Source of the DNA: Balanoglossus misakiensis
Taxonomy: Eukaryota; Animalia; Hemichordata
Direction: 5' to 3'
DNA: 64,000 bases
Assembly (NCBI GenBank): GCA_040954595.2
Contig: CM082596.2
Span: 3,589,025 to 3,653,024 of the forward strand
A program made the position numbers and the translations under genes. The notes below the pieces were generated by a model that made no database searches, was not told the DNA's origin, and saw only the letters and a list, made by a program, of their open reading frames with translations. Below, piece by piece: positions 1 to 12,100 of this stretch (within the stretch, counting starts at the first letter, position 1; each line of letters opens with the position of its first letter).

Positions 1-147
1 TCCATCTAGCAGTGCTCATGTCTTTCTTCTCAATGATGTATCCAGTGATGGGACTTCCACCATCGTCTCTTGGTTCTTTCCATCTGATTGTCATATGAGT
101 TGCATTGACATCAGTCACATCTGGGCTAGATGGTGCACCTGGTACAT
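1..147 (-). CDS. FN3 exon (partial, runs off window)
   Basis: AG acceptor 148-149; DVPGAPSSPDVTDVNATHMTIRW; paralog of 7687-7989. Confidence 0.9.
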
Positions 148-3100
148 CTATGATGAAAGAATGTTGTAGTGACAATTAAACATAAGTTATGGTAATCCAT
201 CATTAAAAAATTCTTTGGTTTCACCATGTGTATAAGGTTTGCTTAGGATTTCCGTGTCACAGACATGAATCTATATCCTGATTTGCTTGACATGTTTAAT
301 ATCCAAACAAATTTTCCAAGTCAAATGGCATTTTTTATCTTTCCATATAACAAGTATGACACAACTTACCATATGGTGGTTTGGCAACCTTGGGTCCAGT
401 AGACTCGCTTGGTTTGCCAACACCAGCCTTATTCTCAGCCTGTACTCTGAACTCATACTCATTACCTTCCTTAAGTCTCGTGACAGTACACTGAGTCTCT
501 GTCACAGTTAGTACCTGATCCCATCTTGTACTAAACTTTTCTTTCTTTGTGACAATATACTTAGTGATTGGACTACCACCGTCATCCTCTGGTGGTGTCC
601 ATTTCACAGTCATTGTTGTAGCAGTGATATCACTGACTGATGGTTTGCCTGGAGCACCAGGTACTTCTGCAGGGGTGCGATGAAGGCAAGTGGTGCAGAA
701 AAGAAGCAAAGGAAATGAAGATGGGAAGAAGAGAGTGAGAGGTGAACTTGAAGTAAAGGATGAAGGAGTCGTTTGGGGAAATGATCTTACCTCTGTTGCA
801 TTTAACATAAATTCAGCAGAAAACAAGTCATGAGATATGCAAAGTTTCATTCACAACCTGGCTTAAACATTTTCTCAGAATTGGCCTATTCAATGCTCAT
901 TGTTTTCACCCTAACATATATTTATTTCAAAGATTTTGCAAAAGCAAAATGGCCACTGACAATAGGTAATTATATCAGAACCATGATGCTTACCATAAGG
1001 TGCTGGTAGGGTCACTGGTGCAGTAGGCTCAGAAGGTTTGCTAAGACCAGCTTTATTTTCAGCAGCAACTTTAAACTGATAGACCGAGTTCTCTCTGAGA
1101 TCAGTCACTACACATGTAAGATCTGTGACTTGGGAATACTGCACCCACAAGGTACTGAATTTGTCCTTACAATACACTGTATAACCAAGGATTGGAGCCC
1201 CGCCATCAGTTTCAGATGGAACCAATTTCAAAGTGACAGAGTTAGAAGTGACCTCAATGACCTGAGGAACACCTGGAGCCCCTGGTACATCTGAGTAGAT
1301 AAACAGGGTCAGAAGGAAGAGTAAGAAGGACAATTCTCCACAGGTTATCTCTATGGGGTTAGACCTAAGCAGGCTAGGGGTCAACATTATAGAGAGTTGA
1401 TATTATTGATAAAAGTCATTGTTTATCAACATGTCCACCATGGCCAATTTGCAAAGTGGGTGCATTACTGTCTATTAGGACTAATAGACTATCAGAAAAT
1501 GTTTCCAAAAAGAAAAGGACACCTTTGAGTCCATCAAAAAATAACCAAAGAAGAATTAGGAATTCATCAAAGCAGTCCACTAAGAAGTTATGAAAAACTA
1601 AAGTCATCAAAGCCATTGATTATTAAGTTAAGGAATCCAGGAAACAATCTACATGATGCAAGCTAAAATGCAATCAAGGAATCGTGGCCTTACCATAAGG
1701 ATCTTTAACCTTAGTTGGAGCAGAAGGTTGACTAGCTGGGCCAAGACCAGCTTTATTTTCAGCAGAAACCCTGAACTCATAGACAGAGTTTTCTTTCAGA
1801 TCTCTCAGAATACAAGTGGTGTTCAGCACTGTTGCTGCAGTGACCCATTTAAGACTGAACTGTTCTTTCAATTCTACCACATAGGAAGTGATTTGACTGC
1901 CACCGTCAGACGGAGGCGGTCGCCATGTCAGTTTCAAGGATGACTTAGTGATGTCAGATACATCAGGTTTGCTGGGTGCATCAGGAATATCTGAGGTGCA
2001 GGAATGTTTGAGTGATGAAATTGAAAGGAAAGAGATAGAAGGAATGAAGACAAGATAAAGAGGAAAATGCCAGAAGGCAGAAGAGAATTGATGAGAGGAA
2101 GTTTGATGAGCACACCATTTGATTTTCTTACCTTATCCTAGATCCTTCATATGTTCAAAGGACAAGACACAAATAAGCCTAAACTACAAATTCCTAACTT
2201 TTACTTACCATATGGTGGTTTTGCAACCACTGGTTTGGATGGTCTGCTTGGTTCACTCACACCAGCCTTGTTCTCTGCAATCACACGGAATTCATATTCT
2301 GTGTTCTTGATCAGATCAGATGCAACAATGAATGGTTCCTTCACTGGTTGCCTGTTGACTCGGATCCAACGGTCTTTGCTGGTATCACGTCTTTCCACTA
2401 CAAAACCTGTGACTCTAGCTCCACCATCAGAATCAGGTGGGGTCCACTTCAGACTGGCTGTGGTGTCTGTCACCTCCAGAACATCTGGTTTTCCAGGTGC
2501 ATCAGGTACAGAGATCTTCAATGTTGCTGGGAAACTTGGTTTTCCAACACCAGCTTTGTTTTCAGCAAGTACACGGAACTCATAGTCCTTTCCTTCTGTC
2601 AACCCAGTTGCTTGGTAGGCAGTGTCTGTGACAGACATTGTGTTGTCCTTCACCCATCTTGAACTGAATTTCTCTTTTCTTTCAATGGTGTATCCAGTCA
2701 CAGGTGATCCACCATCATCTGTTGGTGGTGTCCATTTCAGTTTGATTGATGTTGGTTGAACTTCAATAATATCAGGGGTTCCAGGTGCTCCTGGTACATC
2801 TGTAACACAAAGACTTACTGAAGTGTATCCAAACTTAATTATGTTAATGATGGCCTAAATCCAAGGCATCTTGTGACTATTGAAATCAGCAAACACTGTC
2901 TCATTTTGATCCATTGCATATTACATTGTCTTACAAACTTTCATTCACAAAAGAGGCCTGCTGTGTTGTTCACACCCACTTACCATATGGTGGCTTGGCA
3001 ACCTTGGTATCTGATGGCTCACTTGGTTTGCCAACACCAGCTTTGTTCTCAGCAGAAACACGGAAGGTGTATTCATTTCCTTTCTCAAGACCAGTCACAG

Positions 3101-6100
3101 TGAATACTGTCTCATCCACTTTGTAGTCATTGATTCTTGTCCATCTCGTCATGAATCTTTCTTTCTTCTCGATGACATAGTTGAAGATGGCACTACCACC
3201 ATCATCCTCTGGTGGTGTCCAGGTCAATTTCATAGATTTCTCTGTGATTTCTGAGATGGAAGGCTTGCCAGGTGCATCAGGCTTGTCTGTAGTAAGTGGT
3301 AAAGCAAATATTAAAAGGTATTAAGAACTGAATTAAGAAAATAAATTACTGGTTACAGCTATATTCCACCAAAAGAATTCCAATAACGGAATATATTAAA
3401 AACCCAGGTTTTCTTACCATATGGTGGCTTGGCTAGTCTGGATTCTGATGGTTCACTCGGTTTGCCAACACCAGCCTTGTTTTCTGCAGCCACTCTGAAT
3501 TCATATTCTGTACCCTCTGTCAGGTGTGTAACTTTGTATTCAGTCTCTGATATGGTATCCTTCGTCACTCTAACCCATCTTGTGCTGAATTTATCACGCT
3601 TTTCAACGACACAGTTGGTAATCTTAGCTCCACCATCTGTGTCAGGTTCTCTCCATGATAAATTCATGGTTGTTGCAGTGACATCAGAGATCTTAGGTCT
3701 TCCTGGCTGTCCTGGTACATCTGAAAGCACACAAAATGATAAATTACTACCAAACACACAACATGGATGGGTGGATGTTACAAGACTTTCTGTAACATAG
3801 TTTGCGTAATTTTTAATGCAAATAACAATTTATGTACATGTACTTTATGTCTTGTATACATTGCCAACTGTCATTCTTATATACCTACCATATGGTGGCT
3901 TGGCAAGACGTTTGTCACTTGGTTCACTGAATGGTCCCTGACCAGCCTTGTTCTCTGCAGCCACTCTGAACTGATACTCAGTACGTTCTGTCAACTCGGT
4001 CACAGTGTGAGTGGTGTCCACAACTCTCTCTCTGTTGGCTCTTGTCCATCTGGCTCTGTGGACATCATATTTCTCAATGACATATCCAGTGATGGGACTT
4101 CCACCATCAGATCTTGGTGTTGTCCAGCTGATTGTCATGTGAGTTGCATCCACCTTGGAAACATCTGGCTGTCCAGGTGCACTTGGTACATCTGTCAATT
4201 AAACAGGCATCCAATCAGAAATTAACAAAGATTATAATGGTGGTGGTATTGCCCTAAAGTTCATGGTTGAATTTGGTAACTTTTACAATTCCTGTAATAT
4301 TTCTGACTCACCATATGGTGGTTTTGCTTTCCTGATGTCACTTGGATGACTTGGTTTACCAACTCCAGCTTTGTTTTCAGCAAGAACATGGAACTGGTAA
4401 TCATTGCCTTCTTTGAGATCAGTCACTTTGAATGTTGTCTCAGATACTGCATATTTGTTGATTCTGGTCCACATAGTTGTAAACTGTTCTTTCTTCTCCA
4501 CATAATACCCAGTAACTGGAGAACCACCGTCATCTTCTGGTGATAACCAATGCAAAGTCATGCTATTGGCTGTAACATCTGAGAGGTCTGGTTTACCAGG
4601 TGGGCCTGGCACATCTGAAAAATGAACATTCAGAGCAATGAGAGGTTGTAAACAGACATATACAAAAAGTACTGTTTCAATCCTAGACACAGTACTGGAC
4701 ATAATATTGTAACTTATATATAATTATAGTACATTCAACTTACCATATGGCAGTTTGGCAGTTCTTGGATCAGATGGTTCACTGAATTTGCCAACACCAG
4801 CCTTGTTCTCAGCAGCCACTCTGAATTGATATTCAGTTCCTTGAGTCAATCCAGTGACAGTGTATTCTGTACCAATGATCTTCTCATCTACATAGACCTT
4901 GGCCCAGCGTGTGCCAAATTCTTCTTTCTTTTCAATGACATAATTGGTGATTCTGCTACCACCATCAGATTCTGGCTCTGTCCATTTGATGGTCATTTTT
5001 GTGGCATCAGTTGACAGTACCTTGGGTTTGCCTGGTGCATCAGGTACATCTGTATACACAAAAGGGAATTTTCAACCATGAAATTTCATAATATGTTGAC
5101 AATGTGTAAAACCATGAAAGTTTGATATAACATTACCAATTTTTTTGAGACATATAATGAATGACCATGGACTGAACCAAAGATGCATTTTACAATGAAT
5201 ATATATTATATGATACAGCTTCTGAAAAGAACAATTGTCACATTCTGTAATTCAAGTGTGTGTATACATGTCATAAACACCTACCATATGGTGGTTTGGC
5301 TTTCTTCAGACCAGTGGAGTCACTTGGCTTGCCAACACCAGCTTTGTTCTCAGCACAGATCCTGAATTCATATTCATTGCCTTCTTTCAGACCTTCCACA
5401 TTGTAGCTGGTCTCAGTCACAGCATATTTGTTGAGTCTAGACCATCTGAATCCAAACTGTTCCTTGACTTCAATGATATATCCAGTGACTGGAGAGCCAC
5501 CATCATCATCCGGTGCAGTCCAGGTCAGTTTCATGGATGTTTCATGGATGTCAGAGACAATTGGTTTGCCGGGTGGTCCAGGCACATCTACAATTTAATA
5601 AGTCAATGTTGTATGAGTTAACAAATAATTTTTTGCGATATATAACAACACATCAAAACCATAAATGGTTTGGGTCCTGCCAAAGACTATTTGCTGTTTG
5701 TAACTATTGTCAAGTGTCCTGTCAAAAGTGAGTGATAAATCTACACTTACCAAATGGATGTTTGGCTATCTTTGGTTCTGATGGTTCACTATATTTGCCA
5801 ACACCAGCCTTGTTCTCAGCAGCCACTCTGAATTGATATTCAGATCCCTGTTTCAGGTCAGTCACTACAACCGTTGTCTCTGTGACATCAAATCTGTTGG
5901 CCTTGGTCCAGAGAGTTGACATTTTCTCCTTCTTTTCAATGATATATCCTGTGATTGGTGCACCACCATCGTCTAATGGTTGCGTCCACCTTAGTGTCAT
6001 CTTTGTGGCTTCAATGTCTGAGGTCACAGGCTTTCCTGGAGCACCGGGAACACCTGAATTGCATCAAAAGAAATTCATATCAGCGCTGATCAATGTAACT

Positions 6101-9100
6101 AACTACTTCTGAAAACCACAAGCCTTTAAAATAGAAAAGACACATACATGTGTGTATGTATATTTGTAGCTAGAAAACAAATTTAATGTAAAACCATTAA
6201 ACAGCATATATTGTCCTGAAATTGGTACAATATCACATCATTCTGTACATCCATATGCAATTTCAATAAGCATTTAAGCTTACCATATGGTGGTTTGGCA
6301 GTCTTTAGATCAGATGGTTCACTTGGTTTGCCAACACCAGCCTTGTTCTGTCCACAAACCCTGAACTGATACTCAGATCCCTCAGAAAGACCAGTTGCTG
6401 TGTATGTGGTCTCCACGATTTTCTCATCTTTGCTGATGACATTCCAGCGAATACCAAATGGTTCTTTCCTTTCTACGACATAGTTGGTGATCTTACTTCC
6501 ACCGTCAGATTCAGGTTCTGTCCATTTGATGGTCATAGTTGTTGCTGTGATTTCGGTCGCTTTGGGTTTGCCAGGTGCATCAGGTACAGCTGAAAAAAGA
6601 AGATACAGTTGCAACATCTTTTTCATCATGCTTCTAGTCTTTCAAACTTCCTAAAATTTGGCAATGATTGCCTCTATTGGAGATCTTAGTGAAACATTAA
6701 CAGAAAAGTTCCAAGTGGAAACTACATGTCTATTAATTAATAGCTGCAGCTTGATTGGGATCTTCCATCATTTATGCTTGTTTTGATGGCAGTAATACTC
6801 AATATGCAAGTTTGATGATAAAAGATACTCACTGTATGGAGGTCTAGCTGTGACTGGACCAACAGAGTCACTGGGCCTGCCTACACCAGCTTTGTTTTCA
6901 GCAGACACTCTGAATTCATACTCAGATCCCTCTTTTAGATTTTCAACAGTGTAGTGAACATCTGTGACTGGGGCTTTGTTGACTGCTACCCATCGAACAC
7001 TGAACTTTTCTTTCTTCTCAACGATGTATCCAGTGATTGGAGATCCGCCATCATCAAGAGGTGCAGTCCAGGTCAGTTTCATGAATGTTGCATTGATGTC
7101 AGACACCACAGGGGTTCCGGGTGGTCCTGGCACAACTGAAACGACAAAACAAATGTTACACATTAATCAAGAATTGTACATTGATGACACTTAAAACTCT
7201 GACATTTCCAGGATATTATATTTCCCAAGAATTGCCTTCAAACTTACCATAGGGAGGTTTTGCTATCTGTGCTGGTGACTGGTCACTTGGTTTTCCCAGA
7301 CCAGCTTTGTTCTCGGCTACCACTCGGAATTCATACTCTTGGCCTTCTTTCAGCCCAGTGGCTTTGAATGAGGTGTCTGTCACTGGGTAACTGGTCAATT
7401 TGTCCCAACGGCTGGAGAATCTGTCTTTCTTTTCTACTGTGTAGCCAGTGATGGGAGCTCCACCATCTGACCTTGGAGGTGACCATGCCAATGTCATACT
7501 ACTGGCAGTGATGTCACTGACAATAGGTTTGGATGGTGCATCAGGTTCATCTACATTTGAAGAACAGAATATATGATAATTTGCAGATATGTAAGAGCTG
7601 GTAGCCGGGAATAACAACCAAATGTTATGACATAATTTACTGGTAGCAATTTTACATGCTGATATTATTTTTATTATCACACTTACCATATGGTGGTTTT
7701 GCTTTGCGGGGCTCTGATGGTTCACTAGCTGGACCAACACCAGCCTTGTTCTCAGCAGACACTCTGAATTGATAATCATTGCCCTGAATGAGATCTCTGA
7801 CTGTCAATGTAGTGTCAGGTACAGATTCTCTGTTGACTCTCATCCATCTAGCAGTGCTCATGTCTTTCTTCTCAATGATGTATCCAGTGATGGGACTTCT
7901 ACCATCATCTCTTGGTTCTTTCCATCTGATTGTCATATGAGTTGCATTGACATCAGTCACATCTGGGTTAGATGGTGCACCTGGTACATCTTTATCACAG
8001 AATAAAAACAAGTGCTTACTAATTTGACTCAAGATCCTGTGAAAGTAATCATGGCTCTTTTTTCTTTCACATAATTCAACAAACAATTTCATCAGGCAAT
8101 ATTCTGAATTTATCAGTTTCAAATTTTCATACACATGTTTTCAAGTCGATGAGCAACTTACCATATGGTGGTTTGGCAACCTTGGGTCCAGTAGACTCGC
8201 TTGGTTTGCCAACACCAGCCTTATTCTCAGCCTGTACTCTGAATTCATACTCATTACCTTCCTTAAGTCTCGTGACAATACAATGAGTTTCTGTCACAGT
8301 TAGTACCTGATCCCATCTTGTACCAAACTTTTCTTTCTTTGTGACAATATAATGAGTGATTGGACTACCACCGTCATCCTCTGGTGGTGTCCATTTCACA
8401 GTCATTGTTGTAGCAGTGATATCACTGACTGATGGTTTGCCTGGAGCACCAGGTACTTCTGCAGGGGTGCGATGAAGGCAAGTGGTGCAGAAAAGAAGCA
8501 AAGGAAATGAAGATGGGAAGAAGAGAGTGAGAGGTGGGGTAAAGGGTGAAAGAGTCTTTGGTGGAAATGATCTTACCTTTGTTGCATTAAAAATAAATAC
8601 TAATAAACTAATAATGAGAAATTAAGTCCTGACTTAAACGCTGTTTCAAGATTGGATCTATGAAAACTTGCTTTTAAAACAATCAGAGGTCAGTTCAATT
8701 AATAATCACTAAATTCTTTAACCTATTTTTTATTCATTATTTCATTGCAAAACTAAACTGTTTCAATCCTAATTCTGTTTTCAAATTGCCCTCTGACAAC
8801 AGGTAACAATATCAGAACCATGATGCTTACCATAGGGTGCTGGTAGGGTCACTGGTGCAGTGGGCTCAGAAGGTTTGCTAAGACCAGCTTTGTTTTCAGC
8901 AGCAACTTTAAACTGATAGACCGAGTTCTCTCTGAGATCAGTCACTACACACGTAAGATCTGTGACTTGGGAATACTGCACCCACAAGGTACTGAATTTG
9001 TCCTTACAATACACTGTATAACCAAGGATTGGAGCCCCGCCATCAGTTTCAGATGGAACCAATTTCAAAGTGACAGAGCTAGAAGTGACCTCAATGACCT

Positions 9101-12100
9101 GAGGAACTCCTGGAGCCCCTGGTACATCTGCATAGGATAGGATGGGTTTGGAAGGAATTTATCAGTGGTTGCCTTTATAATAATCATTTGCTTAGAATGG
9201 TTAGACTTTCTACAGATCATCAATTCAATGATGCAATTTTAGTAGGAAACCAATGTAAGTTTTCTACATAAATGTCAACACTGAAACCTGTCAATGCCGT
9301 AAGAATTTGATTATAGATTATCTTGCAGCTATTCAGTTAGTTATTATAAATGTAACTACGTATATGGCTACCTTTTCATGCTATTTTTCCTAATATCAAA
9401 TACCAAACAGGTCATAACCAAAATGAAAATGCAATTCAAGCAATCAAAAGTTTATCACATCATAGTTAGAGTATTCTTGGAGGAGCATTTTGCTTACCAT
9501 AGGGATCTTTAGCTTTAGTTGGAGCAGATGATTGACTTGCTGGACCAAGACCAGCTTTATTTTCAGCAGAAACCCTGAACTCATAGACTGAGTTTTCTTT
9601 CAACTCTCTCACTGAGCAAGTAGTCTGAGAAACTCTGGCAGTGAAAGTCCATTTCAGACTGAACTGCTCCTTCATTTCCACCACATAGGCAGTGACTGGA
9701 CTGCCGCCATCTGATTGAGGCGGCTGCCACGAAAGTGTCATGGAAGACTTGGTGATGTCAGACACATCAGGTTTACTAGGTGCATCGGGGACGTCTGAGG
9801 TGCGGGAGGTGAAGGAAAAGTAAAGAGAGGGCAGAGAAATGTGAGGAAATTGTGCTTTTTTGAGATGTGTTTTGTGATGGGTATATGATAGTGAATAGGA
9901 AAGCAGTGGCATGAAGTTGATGATCTTACCGTTTCATATAGGCATCTCCAGACAATATATTATAACCTACCAGAAATTTCACTTACCATATGGCGGTTTG
10001 GCAACCACTGGTTTGGATGGTCTGCTTGGTTCACTCACACCAGCCTTGTTCTCTGCAATCACACGGAATTCATATTCTGTGTTCTTGATCAGATCAGATG
10101 CAACAATGAATGGTTCCTTCACTGGTTGCCTGTTGACTCGGATCCAACGGTCTTTGCTAGTATCACGTCTTTCCACTACAAAACCTGTGATTCTAGCTCC
10201 ACCATCAGAATCAGGTGGGGTCCACTTCAGACTGGCTGTGGTGTCTGTCACCTCCAGAACATCTGGTTTTCCAGGTGCATCTGGTACAGAGATCTTCAAT
10301 GTTGCTGGGAAACTTGGTTTTCCAACACCAGCTTTGTTTTCAGCAAGTACACGGAACTCATAGTCCTGTCCTTCTGTCAACCCAGTTGCTTGGTACGCAG
10401 TGTCTGTGACAGACATTGTGTTGTCCTTCACCCATCTTGAACTGAATTTCTCTTTTCTTTCAATGGTGTATCCAGTCACAGGTGATCCACCATCATCTGT
10501 TGGTGGTGTCCATTTCAGTTTGATTGATGTTGGTTGAACCTCAACAATGTTTGGAGTGCCAGGAGCTTCAGGAACATCTAAGAATGATTGAAGAAAAGAA
10601 ATACATGTTGTATAATGATTCAAACATTTCTGAAAGCACCAGAAATCGAGCATTCAACGCGACAAATTTACATACTTTAGATTTTGAATTCCACTGTAAT
10701 TATCCGTATTTAAATGATAACTAAATTAAACTAACCATATGGTGGCTTGGCAACCTTGGTATCTGATGGCTCACTTGGTTTGCCAACACCAGCTTTGTTC
10801 TCAGCAGAAACACGGAAGGTGTATTCATTTCCTTTCTCAAGATTGGTCACTGTGAATGTTGTCTCATCCACTTGGTAGTCATTAACTCTGGTCCATCTTG
10901 TCATGAATCTTTCCTTCTTCTCGATGACATAGTTAAAGATGACACTACCACCATCATCTTCTGGTGGTGTCCAGGTCAATTTCATAGATTTCTCTGTGAT
11001 TTCTGAGATGGAAGGCTTTCCAGGTGCATCAGGTTTGTCTGTAGTAAATTCCAAATATAAACTTTTAGTATACAAATAAAACGAATTTTTCTAGCTGTTT
11101 GAAAAAAATGAACATGTGTAATATTTAATTTCTAGCAAAACTCTTACCATATGGTGGCTTAGCTAGTCTGGATTCTGATGGCTCGCTTGGTTTGCCAATA
11201 CCAGCCTTGTTTTCTGCAGCCACTCTGAATTCGTATTCTGTGCCTTCTGTCAGATTGGTCACTTTGTATTCAGTGTCAGGAACAATATCCTTTGTCACTC
11301 GCATCCATCTACTGCTGAACTTCTCACGTTTCTCAACAATATAGTTGGTGATCTTGGCTCCACCATCTGACTCAGGTTCTCTCCATGACAGGTTCATGGT
11401 TGTTGCAGTCACATCAGAGATCTTAGGTCTTCCTGGTTGACCTGGCACATCTGAAAGTGAGCAAAATGGAAGATTGTTCTCTTATTAGACATTTGTGTTT
11501 GTCTGAAAGTGTTCCACACTTTCTCGTCCAAATTATATTGCAGTAATGTTCAATATTGTGTTACTTTTTACTATTATTACTTTTATATAGTATTAACAGA
11601 TTCCCAACTAACCATAAGGTGGCTTGGCAAGACGTTTGTCACTTGGTTCACTGAATGGTCCCTGACCAGCCTTGTTCTCTGCAGCCACTCTGAACTGATA
11701 CTCAGTACGTTCTGTCAACTCGGCCACAGTGTAAGTGGTATCCACAACTCTCTCCCTGTTGGCTCTTGTCCATCTGGCTCTGTGGACATCATATTTCTCA
11801 ATGACATATCCAGTGATGGGACTTCCACCATCAGATTTTGGTGCTGTCCAGCTGATTGTCATGTGAGTTGCATCCACCTTGGAAACATCTGGCTGTCCAG
11901 GTGCACTTGGTACATCTGTCAATAAAACATGCAACCAGTCAGAAATCAGTAAAGATTATAATTGTGGTGGTATTGCCCTAAAGTTTCAAGGTTGAATTTG
12001 GTAACTTTTACAATTCCTGTAATATTTCTGACTTACCGTATGGTGGTTTTGCTTTCCTGATGTCACTTGGATGACTTGGTTTACCAACTCCAGCTTTGTT

